A stretch of 63,759 nt of DNA from Hyphochytrium catenoides (taxonomy: Eukaryota; Protista; Hyphochytriomycota): NCBI GenBank assembly GCA_900088475.1, contig FLMG01001035.1:1-63759 (forward strand). Direction: 5' to 3'. Every line of letters starts with the position of its first letter. The first letter of the stretch is position 1. The notes under the pieces are model-generated. The model did no database searches and was not told where the DNA came from. It saw only the letters and a program-made list of their open reading frames with translations. Of the stretch, positions 34,531-47,100 are shown in pieces. A program made the position numbers and the translations under genes.

Positions 34531-36446
34531 TTTTCCGATATGCCATCGTAATTGGCAAGGTAGGGGTCACCGTAAGTTGTCAGCAGGTAGGCGTCGGGCA
34601 AGGTACCCAGTGTAGGTGCCAGCAGGGTTGGTGCGTCAATGGTTTCCTCCAGCCCTTGGTCCGAGGTTAGGTTCCTAATCAAGGTGCCAGCCTTGCCATC
34701 CAGCCTAGTTACCAACCTCTTTACCAGTCGGCGGATTGTCATAACTACCACAAGCGATAAAGGGAACAACGTCATCCGCAGGATATTAGGGCATTCTGGG
34801 TGCGTTTGAGGTTGAGAATCTGATTAACTTCTATAAGCTTGCGTCAGCATATCCTCCGAAGGCCATCAAGTCCAGCAGCACAAGCACTTACGCTTTTTAC
34901 CCAGGCGGTACCAAGTTTCATATTCAACAGGCGGAGGAGGAGTGTAGCTCAGCCGTAGGTACCTATTCAAATAGAGGAAGTTGTTCGCAAGCAGCACCAC
35001 ACCCTTCTCTATTGGTGACTACTTGCGTCAGGACCTTCCGTTCATCCAGCACTGGCCGAGATGGTTCTGCGTAAATCGCAGAGTGCCTGTGTCAATCCCT
35101 CCAAGTCTACCTAGGTCGAAAGCTGGGTTCTAAGAAATTGTCGGATCACACATAGTAGTACCGTACGCTCTGGCTAACCTTCCTCGAGCCTTAGGTACGC
35201 CAAGAAAGGCCTCTTTCGAAAGCAGATTTTGGATCTAGTGTCTGAACATGGCATAACTGTCCGTTCTGCTAAGATAGTTGCCACTTTAGACTAAGCATGC
35301 GGATGCTGCTGCACTACCTTATACTTCCTCAGCCTCTTCTGTTTCTTTCTCTTCTGATCTATGACTGCCTACATCTCTACCTATCCGCTCGATCCACTGT
35401 TGTTGAACAAATCCCAGTTAAGAGTCCCAGCTTGTCAGTGACGTATGCCAATCATTCAACCCATTCCTCATCCGCCAGGCGTGGCGCCAATCGCTGTCGG
35501 GACTGATGTGCTACTTGCCTCTTTCCTAGGTTTAGTCTTCAGCCAAACGCATCATCCTCTCCTCGTGAATTCTTCTCCCACGGATGGCCTCGCTCTTAAC
35601 CTCATTACGATGACTTCTCCTACGCGGCCATTTGTCTTGTGCCAGGGTTTGGCTTCTCTTTTTGGGGCCTTATTTAGCAGCAGGTCTTTCCGGCGCTTCA
35701 GCTGCGCAGCCATGCAACTTTGGGTCTTGTGCTGCTTCTTTTGAGGCTGTTCTGCCTGCGTTGATGATGCTACGGCCTGCCGCTCTCCACTGTTGGTATT
35801 TAGCTGCTGGAGTTAGCCTGATAGAAGCAAACTAATAGTTGGATTTTTTTTTGGTTTATAAATAAAACAGACCGTGAGTCTTATTGGACTAAACGACGGG
35901 CCACTGGATTAGCGGCTGTGCTCTTACCACAGGCGCACCATTCTGCCATTATCCGTATGGCTTGCGACAAAAGATAAGTGGCTCTTTCACGCCAGTCAAG
36001 CATCTTTGGCAGTCGCCCTCTTTCTATTATCGCATTCGTGGGCGGTTCTAGAAGTATCACTGGTCTAGTCAGCGTCACTTCAGCCACAACTGTCGACGTC
36101 ATAGGAATACAGCCGAGTATGCTCAGTCAACAACCCCTTCGCATGACTGGCCCAACTTAAAGAGAAATAAAGATACCTTAGCACTGCTGAGCTCCAAAGC
36201 CGCGAGCATGACGCGTAAAAGTTCGTGTGAAGCAGAACCGCTGAGCCTACGACTAATTACCTCCAGCTGTGAAGATCAGAATTAGTCCATGGCTGCAAAC
36301 GGGACGAAAGGTCCTAGAGATGAGTATTATATATAGCTGGGTGACTACATTTGCGGAGGATTAAACAGCTACGTGTGGTAAAGGTGCTGCTGTCGACTTT
36401 AGCAGAGCCAATTTTCCAACAAAGTGAGCCCCTGACTTGGTCCCCT

Positions 36447-37547
36447 CTAGCTAAAAATCCTGCTGAGATCGGTCATTAAGGAGGTCCTGCCAAAGCTACT
36501 TTGAATGAGTTTGGAGAAGCTCCCTGCAGGGGTAATGCTGTTGGGCGGCCCGTTGAGCTGAAAGCTGCTTAGAATGCTCACGAGAGCGGCAAGGACAAGC
36601 ACCATCAGTGTCCACAGCACAGTCCATAGGAACCTAGAGGGCTTCAGTGCATATCTAGCGCGTGCCAGATAAGATGGTCGTACACATGGTTGGCTAGTGC
36701 AGTCGTTGAATCTCGTATTTACGACTCTACCCGTCTCAATCTCACAGCGATAGAGGTTGCAATCGTCGAACTTTGCGTCGGTCAGGTCTGCGTCTTCACT
36801 GATTGTTGCAGCAGAGAAGTTACATTTAGTAAATCTTGCACCCTTGAAAGTGCAATATCTTAGATGCGCTGCACGGAAAGAGCATTCATTGAAAGTACCA
36901 CCCGAAAAGTCGCTGTTTCCGTCAAAGACTGCCATCGTGAAGTCACACTCGATCCACTCGATCCGAGGCACGCGCCACGCGGTCATGGCCATTCGCTTCT
37001 TATCCATCTCAATAATGGGAGACTCAAAGTTCACCGGAGGAATGTCCGCTCCCTTCAGGTTTACCCCTCTTAGGATAGGAAGTTCAGACTCTGTTACATC
37101 GCGACAGAAAGGTAGGTTAACGTTTTGAAGCGTTGATTCAATGAAACGACTTCCTTCCATAGAGCAGACTGGGTTGAATACCGTCTCATCCATGACACAG
37201 TGCATGAACTGGGTCCTGTCTAGAGCGTCCACGTAACCAAAGTCGGCATTTGAAAGATCGCATCTCGTGAATGCACAATCCTGAAAAACGGATGGGTCTC
37301 CACACCTTATGCTGGACATATTACAATCAATGAAGCGGGAGCCACTATAATCTCCCTCTGGGAGTACGAGATCTGACAAGTCCTCATTTTTCAGATAGAT
37401 GGCATGGTACAGGGTCAGCTGGGTGGTCGGACAGACCCCCGTGCTGAGTTCTAGCAGGAGCGCTTCCAGTTTATTTTGTCTCTGTGATGGCAGTGCCACG
37501 AAGGCTTCGTTAATATGATGTAGCACTTGCTCCCGACGGTCTCTCAT
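36447..37547 (-). CDS. Pentapeptide-repeat protein with a C-terminal hydrophobic segment
   Basis: Periodic A(D/N)Lxx/xxFxx units (CDLSNADF, CTFKGARFTKCNFSAA, ADLTDAKFDDCNL); putative TM FLWTVLWTLMVLVLAALVSIL. Confidence 0.88.
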   Translation of the reverse strand: MRDRREQVLHHINEAFVALPSQRQNKLEALLLELSTGVCPTTQLTLYHAIYLKNEDLSDLVLPEGDYSGSRFIDCNMSSIRCGDPSVFQDCAFTRCDLSNADFGYVDALDRTQFMHCVMDETVFNPVCSMEGSRFIESTLQNVNLPFCRDVTESELPILRGVNLKGADIPPVNFESPIIEMDKKRMAMTAWRVPRIEWIECDFTMAVFDGNSDFSGGTFNECSFRAAHLRYCTFKGARFTKCNFSAATISEDADLTDAKFDDCNLYRCEIETGRVVNTRFNDCTSQPCVRPSYLARARYALKPSRFLWTVLWTLMVLVLAALVSILSSFQLNGPPNSITPAGSFSKLIQSSFGRTSLMTDLSRIFS

Positions 37548-38563
37548 TTCTTTCTCTGGCTGAAGCGGCTTACGAAGATTGGTTTGACAAACAAGGTGGT
37601 TTCGGGATAGGAGCTGCTGGTCTTCTGGCCTGAGCTAGATGTGTGCCTGCCTGGGCAGATTGATGAATGAGCACGGTCCCGGTCGACCAAAGGAGTAGCG
37701 GCGATGATTATTATTAGTGATGATGTGATGAACGGGACCATCATGATGGAGGAGGCTTGAAAGTGGGCCCATCCCACCATCCATCTAGATGATGGCAGAA
37801 TGCAGTGCCAAGGTGGATTGTGGACAAGACGCAAGCAATTAAGGGCAGGCAGGCTTACGAACGCTGAAAGATCTTGCTTCACTCAGGAAGAAGCAAGTCC
37901 AACCAGGAAGACCATGATGATGTTCTGAGAACCTTGTCCACGCGTGTATAGCAACAATAATAAAGCAACAAGCGCACCTCCCTTTACCAACAATAACACA
38001 GTACTTTTTGTACTCGTAGAAACTACTTCAAGGTCGTTACAGCTTCCTCCTGCACCTGACCCGCTCCCCTCCTTCCCCCTTCTCTGCCACACTGATAATC
38101 AAGGCGAAAGGATGATGAGATACTTTTTGAAAACCAGACGCAAACAAGCGCACGTCCTGTATGATGTTCTGTTATTGATTATGGACTCTTGACCATCACA
38201 GCTCCAGCGCTGTATAAATAGAACCCACCAAGGGGGCAACATAACACAAGGGTAACGACGGTTGCAAGAGGGAATGATCCAGGTCAGGACCAGGTTCGGA
38301 TTGTGGACGTCTGATAAAGAATGACCCTCGGGTGGGACATCCTCCACAATGCGATGCTGTCTGATGACAGGCAGCAGTTGGCAGCCACAGTAGAGGGCAG
38401 GCAGAGCGGAACGAGGAAAGATGCACTATGAGGGAGTAGTTCTTCTAGGAGTTCTTCCGAGGAGTTCCGGCGGATGATGAGAAACCTTCTTCTCATCCAG
38501 AAGCTAGAGGTTCTTCTTGGAAGGTGCTTTGGGGAAACTGAGTTGCCTGGCTTCTGAATCGCT

Positions 38564-39127
38564 TTGTTGAAGATGGAGGATAGGCGTTTATTTCTGGTGC
38601 AAGTCTTGATGATCCTCCTGTCATCTGTGCGCGCCTTCGTCTCAGAGTGGTCGGTGGGTTCTGATAATGAGACCTTTATAGTTCTTCATTCTGATTACAC
38701 TGTAACAACCAACCCTTCTCATCTTTCCTCTGGCCATCTAACCGCAGAAGAAGAGACCTACGCTCTTTCAACCAAGGCGGGACCGTTCTTACGGAATCTG
38801 ACAGTCTTCCTCACACCAGTACATAGCCGCCAATCTATCCCTGTCCTACCTTCTCCAGCAGAATGCAGGCTCCTAGCAAAGAAGAGTTACGAGAGGGCCG
38901 TGATAATGACAGTTCTCTCTCCTCGAAGAAAGCTGGCCACATCAGATCAGCCCCTTTACACTACCCCACCCTCTCCGAGGCCAGGCTGGGTGAGGAGGTT
39001 GCCACCGCAACGTGCGTATCACTATCAGATGAGTAACCTCTCTAACCACTTCCAAATACTGCTACTGCGAGATGCCACTCTCCTAAGCTTCTTCCTGCCT
39101 TTCTCAGAAGGAGCCAGGCATGTCTAA
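38564..39127 (+). CDS. Hypothetical ORF, possibly the frameshifted 5' part of the downstream gene
   Basis: 187-aa ORF overlapping chained same-strand ORFs 39120-39371 and 39269-40468. Confidence 0.25.
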   Translation: MLKMEDRRLFLVQVLMILLSSVRAFVSEWSVGSDNETFIVLHSDYTVTTNPSHLSSGHLTAEEETYALSTKAGPFLRNLTVFLTPVHSRQSIPVLPSPAECRLLAKKSYERAVIMTVLSPRRKLATSDQPLYTTPPSPRPGWVRRLPPQRAYHYQMSNLSNHFQILLLRDATLLSFFLPFSEGARHV

Positions 39128-39268
39128 GGAAGACAAAGCTTACTTCGCAGCTCAGGCAGCCTGGATGTCAAGTACTAGTCCACTCTCATTATCATTCTCA
39201 AAAATTCTAGGCAGCAGACAAGACAAACAGAGACGCGCAAGCGTACTGAGGAACTTTGCTACTAGAGG

Positions 39269-40468
39269 ATGGCTACAGCTAGTTCCAAGAGCGTACGGTC
39301 ATCTGCAGTCTCTAGGGACCTGTTCAATGCAGCAGACGTGGGACCAACCCAACGGGCAATCCGCCTTCTGAGTTCACGTCCAAAGGAATTTCATGTGATA
39401 AAGGAGCGGGTGTTACAGCTTGAAGCTGCGAAGGCCGATGAACTACTGATCAAAGCAAAGAGAATATGTCAGGAGGGAGGCAATGCCTTAGTCGCAAGCA
39501 TGTGGTCCAAGGCTCTTCCAGACAAGGTGGACGTTGTAAAGTATACTAGATCCGAGCTCTATGCCATCTTCGTGGTTGCCTATGGCATCTTTCAATTTGG
39601 TGAAGATATCCTACGTGACGCGGACAATAGCAGCAGAGACCTAACGATCGAAGGAGGAGGACAGTCTGAACCGGAGGAGCCTCTACCGTCATTGCGTTTT
39701 CATTACTATACCAAGTCAACAGCACCTTCTGTCAGCTCAAAAGTACGAGGCGATATACGGAACGCTATGGGGCGTTTCTCAGTCCAAAGGATAAGAGCAA
39801 AGGAACTCCACTCCGTTTTACTGGACGCACTTACTCTACTGATTGATACTGCAGATGCAGACCTGAGGATACTGCCAAAAAAGGACTCTGAGAGGATCCG
39901 TCAAGCTGTCTCAGATCTTCAAAAAGAAAGTGTACAAGTCCAGCTAGCCAACAGTGGACTGGAGGGGAAATGGTTTTACAATGAATGGAGGACATTTGCC
40001 AAGCTTCTACAGGCTCAGGATAAGCGCACTCTATGGGACCTAAGGCGCGACCGGAAGCCACTTCAGGTGCAATCCCTCATGAAGGAGGTCGGGCAACAAG
40101 GAGATGCCGAACAGGAGGAAACGAAAAGTGAGCTGGTGTCCGCGTGCGAGGATCAGGATCAGTCGCAAAAAGAAGAGTCCGACGAAACTTGCTCTTGCAC
40201 GGGCTCCAATGGCAGTACCACGGATAGCGATAACGATAGCTGGAACCTTCCGGCCAGCATCACCGTAACCCATGACTTAGCAACTGAGGCCAAGAATAGG
40301 GCAGCTAGGGCCCGTGCATGGACCCCAAGTGACTTGAGGATAGGACCTAAAGGAGGAGTGTACTACATTAACGCTAACGGTAACAGGACCAGTATCCGAC
40401 CAAGCGACCCTGTCGCGGTCATGGCAAAGGCCGCTGCCGATAGAGACCCTAGGCAAGAGCAGGAATAA
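39269..40468 (+). CDS. Hypothetical 399-aa protein with a C-terminal PBCV-type basic adaptor motif
   Basis: Intact ORF; C-terminal IGPKGGVYYINANGNRTSI matches the GP(R/K)GGxYYIxxxGx(K/R) motif. Confidence 0.65.
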   Translation: MATASSKSVRSSAVSRDLFNAADVGPTQRAIRLLSSRPKEFHVIKERVLQLEAAKADELLIKAKRICQEGGNALVASMWSKALPDKVDVVKYTRSELYAIFVVAYGIFQFGEDILRDADNSSRDLTIEGGGQSEPEEPLPSLRFHYYTKSTAPSVSSKVRGDIRNAMGRFSVQRIRAKELHSVLLDALTLLIDTADADLRILPKKDSERIRQAVSDLQKESVQVQLANSGLEGKWFYNEWRTFAKLLQAQDKRTLWDLRRDRKPLQVQSLMKEVGQQGDAEQEETKSELVSACEDQDQSQKEESDETCSCTGSNGSTTDSDNDSWNLPASITVTHDLATEAKNRAARARAWTPSDLRIGPKGGVYYINANGNRTSIRPSDPVAVMAKAAADRDPRQEQE

Positions 40469-43400
40469 ATTGTGGTATAAACGTACATACTCTTAAGCAG
40501 CATATAAACTTATGCTTCTCATACGAGCTTCGCTTGCCACCGCTGGGTGCTGCCACCGCCTCCAGATGCCTTGATGAATTGATTGAGTCGAGAAAGACTT
40601 CTTGTCTACAAGTGTCCCCAACTAATGTTGTCCATCGCTCTCTCCTTGGCTCCTTGTTAAAGCGGAAGGGCTACGGCATGAATGATCAGAGTATCCGTGG
40701 GCTATCATCCCGATTAGATTGTCCTTTCGCGGTGAGAAAAGGATGGGGCTGACTTCCTGACTCGCCCGCTACCCAGCCTCTGTTTGTCGCCGTACTGAGG
40801 CGAGGGACCCATATAGGCCGATAGGCAAGGAAACACAGGAACAGCGCTGTACTTCCCACATTATCGTCTCAGTGGCATCTTTTCTACGCTGGATACCTCT
40901 CGTTCCTCTGTTGACATTCCTTCCGTTGTTCGGCACCAAAACTGCCCAAGAGATTGAACTGCCTAGCCGCACTACTACCTCTTCTTAAAATAGCCATGCT
41001 GCCGTCGAAGTAGACGATATTGCCAGGTCGGAGGGTCGAGGTTTCCGCGTAGCAGTCTTGCGGGTGGGAACTTTAATTTTGGGTTCAGGCACGCAAAGTG
41101 CTTCCTTCCAATCAGTCCATCATAGTAAGTCCAGTAAGAGTACGGTCCAACTCTAAGAGACAAATCATTCCAAGGCTTGGGCTGACAGTCTTGCCTGTGA
41201 CCGCTTATGCAGTAATAGCCGTCACAATTGTCAATAGGCGAGGAAGAAGGAAATATGTTTGCACGGAAGCCTTTGTCGTTCTGACGGATCGACCTGGTTA
41301 AGGTCCCGACAGAGCGTGAGACAAGATCAAAAGCGCCGAGACAAGCTGTCATTCCAGCAAAAGATCATGTTGAGGAAGGAGAAGGTGAGCCAAGTTTCCC
41401 TCCAGCTAGGAACTTATGGGCTTTTTCGAATGGGTGTCGACTAATCTTGGGTCCGTGTACGCCCTTCACCTTGTCCACCTCTAGCTTCTGAATCCATGTT
41501 ACTCGCTCACTTCTGTCAAACGCTGGCGCGATGGAGCCTGGGCCATGGTGAATACCACCAGAACGCAACTTCGGCGTTGTTGCGTCCTGTTCGTTCTCAG
41601 TCCTTACGTCCAGAACTGGCAAAGGAATGGAGTTGAGTGACTTCACAGCCTATGGTGTAGGTAGAGCAAAGCAGAGTGGCATACAGAGCTTAGTGAGCTG
41701 CAAGCACGCAGTTAAATGAGCCGTATAAGCTGCCAACTTCACTCACTACGCCAGTCTCGTGTATTTGACAGCGCGAGTCTGAAGGCAGCCAAGTATTCTT
41801 GGGAAGCTCTAGAGCCTTAGTGACTACTTCGTTCTTGTTTGAAGCAGCAGCTTTGGTGCCATCGCTCTTCCTCCTTTGGTTCCTATTGCTGACATGCTTC
41901 TTTCCATCGGAGTCGTAAGCGAATAGTGGTTTCCAATTGAGCTCTCGTTTCTCTTGAGAGGCAAAAACGGCCATTCCCTGTCGAATGGAAAGGATGTGTC
42001 GTAAGAATGGAAAGAACGGGAAAGAAAACGCTCTATGAGTTGTTGAGAGTAGACCACCTTCGTGGTAGGAGCGCCGGACTTGAGATCCGGTACTAGACTC
42101 TGGTACGACCCTGGTCCAAGGTTGCTTCCTGTAGGATTACATGGTGCGCTCTAGGTGGCAGCGGAAAGGGATGAGTCCCAAGCACGACGGGGTCATGGCA
42201 CAAACAGCTTAGTATGGCCGAGTCACTCTTGCATAAGAATTAGGACGTCTAGACTACATAGGATTCCAAGATATAGTTTGTCGAGTTGACCAAAGCAAAA
42301 AAAGATAATAAGGGTCACATCAACCATAAAAACATTATTGCAAAGCTTCTGGATGCTTACCAGCTTGAAGCGGTCCGTGTGGTCTACGGCAATGCTAGTT
42401 CCTCGTAGTGACCCTAAATCAAGCAGCTATCAGTAGGCGAGGAGGCTACTTCCTCAACAATATCGAGACGTGTTTGAGCTTACGCTGGACGGACTTATAC
42501 AAGCTGTCATGATCCACATTATAGATTCTATCTACCACCGGAGGTGCGACTGCGATGATGAGAGTGGTCAATATCAAGATGAAAGAAGGAAAATTGACTG
42601 CATCTTGAGAGAAGCCAACGGAGGAGCATGTTCAACATCAAGACCAGCGCCTGTCTAAGGATCCAATTACTGCCACGCCTAAGGGAGACACCCGAAGAGC
42701 GTTGGACAGCAACGTCACCACGATGTCATCGTCAACGGACCATCCACAGCGACAGTTACTGCTTTCTTACCTGGTCGGAACCTCTTGTCATCACTCCATT
42801 TCAGTCCTTTCGCTCGCTGTGTCGCCTGCGCTAGATGATTTAGTGACTAGCAGAGACCGCTTGATAAAGCGCCGCCCACCTTTTCTTTCTCTCCCTTAGT
42901 TAAGTTTGCAGACTGCGTAACGGACCCTCCCGAACTAGCTTGCAACCTGAGGGAGCTCTGCTGCTCGGCTGCTGAAGCTCCCTCGGTAAAGATCGTAGGA
43001 CGAAAGGAGGCGTAAACAGCCCTTTCAGGGATCTTCCTTTGAGATTCGATCAGGCTCTTAATGAATTCACGAGTTTCGTCCTCATGGAGCGTGCTCGGGT
43101 CTTCTCCCTAACGGAACGGGCACCACAAAGCGTAAGGTTATGCTGGCTCTCCGTGATGGACAAGTGAACCCTGCTGCTCACCTCAAACCGCAAACTCCAA
43201 AAATCTTCACTCGGCTTTTCTCTCCCTCCCAACTCCTCCTCCTGCCCCTCTGAAGACGTCAAGAAGGTGACTGATGAATTTACAGCAGGACCCGAGGAAG
43301 AGCTCAAACTTGGCTCATTTGAACGACGAGCATTCATCGTCCCTTCTTCCTAATGGTTCTAGCTGAACGGTCTAAAGTCTTTGAGAATGGAGCGGCAGGA

Positions 43401-44177
43401 TAAGGAGGGGGTTTTACTCCTCATCCTAGAGCAAAAGTGCTCCCCATTCCGCCAGCTTCCGCTAAGACCTCACTCTAGCTCCTCAATATGAACAAGACCA
43501 GTTCTCTTGCTGCTTCTCCGTGTCTCCACAAGCGATCATTCTCCTCTCTACCCTGCGCCCCCGCGCCTGCACGAGTCAAACAGAGAGCAGAACCAATGCC
43601 GCTGTCAGCAGCAGATCGAAGATTGGGATTGAGTGCAGCTCCGAAGCAGCTCATTGCTTCCTTGCCTCCAAACTTCTACTAGCCGTTGAAGGCCATTTTA
43701 TGCTTTACCGGCTATATTACGCCTAGGCTGAGACTGCTGGGTCTGGAACAGGGAGAAAGGCCGTTACTCCTTTTCTTGAGCATCACCTCCGAACCCTCAC
43801 CTCATGTGGTGCACTCACCATGATGTTCCAAGCGTAGTGAGAGCCAGGAGACCAGGGAAGGAGACCGTGGTGGCAAGAGAAGGAGGTGGAGGACGTTGGG
43901 CAGTGGATGGCTAGGAGGAGGAAAGAAAGGACTAAGAAGCCAATGAGTGGAAAACCACGCAGAGGAGGTTAAGGGGAGGAACACAAGCCTGTGCTTGATG
44001 CCATGAAAGGGGTCAGAAGATGATATGATGATTTACCAAGGTGTTATGGCGATGTAGTTGGTGATGCCTCCGTCTTTTCATCGCGTGACATCCTCGGTCG
44101 GCGGAGCAGCATATCAGCAGTTGGCTGTAGAGGATACATCTTAGTCGCAGAGTCCGGATATATAGCCGTCGGCAGCA

Positions 44178-47100
44178 ATGACAGGAGGAACTCACAAGAG
44201 CGCGAGTACACGGTCCGGGAAGCCTGATACCCAACGTAGTAGAATAACCAAAGCTTCTTCGGCTTCCAAGGTGCACGATGAAAGTCTCTCTTTTTAGTGG
44301 TAGCTTTTTGAAAACTGAGCTCTTTGCCCGCTAGGAGGCCGCGCGCAAGAAGGAGATTGGCTTTGAGGCATGGGTTCTGAAGAAGGACAAGTATGACAAG
44401 GCGGTCAGCCTTCTTCAATCTTTGGACGTTGATCGAGCCAGTAATGATGATCAATGGGAGCAGATCACTAGGGTAAGAGGGCTTCAGCTTGTACCAGGCA
44501 CCAGTCCAACAATGGCCAATGTTAAACATGCCCGTTCGCCGCTGTGATACTTTCCTCCGCTTTCAATGCTCCTGGTGGCTTCGCTTTTTAAATTGGCACG
44601 CTTCCTGTCTCTTCAACGATGCTGTTCCGTCCTTGGCTTCTTACATGCTTCCAGTGTCTGGCTGCCGTAGACTGTTATATGGTGGGGGCTATTCGCCTCT
44701 CAGAGCTTCCGAGAGACAAGGACGAAGAAGCGGACCTTGATGGAGAACTCGCCTCAGATGAGGACGAGGACGAGCTACGCACCAGGAAGAGAAGCGGTAA
44801 GGCTAGTGGCTCCAGACAGAATGATGCCGGACAAACAGACTTGCTAGGTAAGCAAAACAGAGAGAGACACGTGTATCGACGTCAGTATCTCCATCATTGT
44901 ACAGCGCTAATAATCTGCTTGGTGTCGTGGCTCACGTGGATAGGTATCAACTCAAAAACTTCCTGCAATGAGAAGCTGAACGTCAAGCCGCTGCGTGGCC
45001 ACTGGCTCCGCTGGACAATGCAGCACAAGACCTTCCATGATGTGGAGATCTCAGAGCAGGAGTTTTATCAGTTCGATGCTGGTTCAAGGGAGAATATGAA
45101 GATTATGTGAGTTGTTGACTCAAGAGCCACACGCTATCTTGGTTCTTTCCCTCTACACCGGTTTCTTTGCTACTCAATTTATATGTGTCCCGGCGTGGCT
45201 GATGTCCTATTGATTGCTACAGAGACTCTGAAGATGGTAAGGGCAAGCGGTACATCTGCCCGTCGGTCAAAATCATTCGGGCTGCTAAGAAGAGCAAGGA
45301 TGATAACGCCAAAATCGCTCTTCGCAAGGCGCTAACAAAGGATGAGAAGCTGAGGAACAAGGTGAGCGCGAGCTGTGCGGAGTGGGAATCTAACGTCCAG
45401 AGGCTCCGGCGCACGGTCCTTTGGCTTACCCTTAATTCCCTCCCTCTCTGCACAGCTTTTTGTACGGCTCTGTAGGAACGCTTGGAAGGAGGCGCGTGAG
45501 GCAGTGCTGCAGTCCGTTCATGAACAAGTAGAAAAGCTCTTTGCCTCAGCTTCGTCGCCTAGCCGACAACCTAGAGACAAGGGAGGAAAGATTTCCGATG
45601 AATCCAAAGAGAAAATCAATGCTCAAAAACGAAGAAAGGCTCTGAAGCTGTTAAATGAGATGGGAAACCCTAAGCTAGTGTTGATGATTGAGGAGGACAA
45701 AGAGCAACAGGAGAAAAAAGCTAAAGAGAGCCAGATGGAGGCTGAGAAGGAGGCAAGCAGCATGCACGAGGTAAGGATCACCCCATAGCTCCTGCAGTGG
45801 AGCATCAGTCATTCGAGTAAGGCCATTCTTACGTCTTTGTCTACAGTCCTTTGCTAAGCGGAAAGATGAGTTGCGATTGAGAATGCCTCAAGGGGAGGAG
45901 CTCCAGCGTTTGCTTCGCTGCATGCGCAAGCCGGGCCGAATGGACTTCTCAGGTTCTAGAAAAGGAAGGGCGAAGCCTCCACAGGCGCAGATAGCGGCCT
46001 CATCCTTCGAGCTGATGCTTGGCAGTGGGCTCAAGTATATCCATGCACAGGTAACTCCGATCGTATCAGTATTAGGATGCCTAAGATTTGAACGTTTTAG
46101 CGACTTTCAATTTTTGAAGAACAAGGTGCGGCGTTTCACGGTTTGCATCTCTGTGTTCTTCTGACACTGCTTGGTCTCTCTCGACCAAGCTTGGTCTACT
46201 CTCCCATTGAACCCATCAATCGTGGGCCTCTTTGGTGCAATTCCTATCATCACTGGCTCTAAACGATCTTCTTCACCTTCAGGCTGGCGGGAAGGATTTG
46301 GAGCGTTCGAGAAAGCAGCTTCTAAGGGAAGGTCTTCTATATAAGGAGAACTTCAAGGGAGAGGTGCGCCTTGCTGTCCTGTTCTAATACCCACATCTTC
46401 GCCTTGCTAGATTATCATTGGCAAGAAAGAGAAGTGGAGACTAACGCGACACACCTTGTGCCAGGAGGAGCAATACTTCTTTGAGAAGAAAAATAGAATA
46501 GGCGATGGAGGGCAGAATGAGGATGAAGATCGAAAACAAAAGTTCTTGCAGTGGGCGGAGGTCAAAGAAATGACAGACAAAGCGGAGGCGTATCTAAAGT
46601 ACATCGCCACGCCTGTTGAGAAGAGAGACGAGGCGATGAAGGAGGTATGGAACACGAAGGAGTGGCATCACGTCCACCTTCTTCCTTCCTAATACGTATT
46701 TTCTCTTCTCTTCCGATAGTCAGCTTTGGCTCTTCATTGCATTTCTATTGCACGTTTAGGTCATCATTTGATTGTCACTGATGGCACCTTCTTGCAACCG
46801 ACGCCTTATACGCTATCCTTTCTTCTTCCAGAGAGAGGAGGATGAGGAGGATGTAGAAGAAGATTATTTTGTCCATGACCATTGGGAGGAGGTGGGCATG
46901 GCACTTAAGGGTGTGGACACTTCTCTCCTCACTCTCTGGATGAACTGGTCTAAGGGTTATAAGGTAAGGAGAGCCTGCCTGCTCTTGTACATCTTCCAGC
47001 TTACTTTTTCTCCGACCTGGCTTAGTGTTTTTATCGAGTCCACTCATCTTGTCCTGTTCTCCGCACACGGACTGCAATGCTCCTCTGTTAGACTGTCGCG

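Noticed and set aside
34550-36160. Short ORFs including YGDPYLANYDG, faintly like retroelement N-termini
   Set aside because: Resemblance too weak and no supporting motifs.
40769-43340. Chain of short minus-strand ORFs
   Set aside because: Probably decayed coding sequence, but no recognisable motif.
29469-43340. Intact endogenous giant virus or Polinton
   Set aside because: No capsid, packaging ATPase, polymerase or integrase genes and no terminal repeats were seen.
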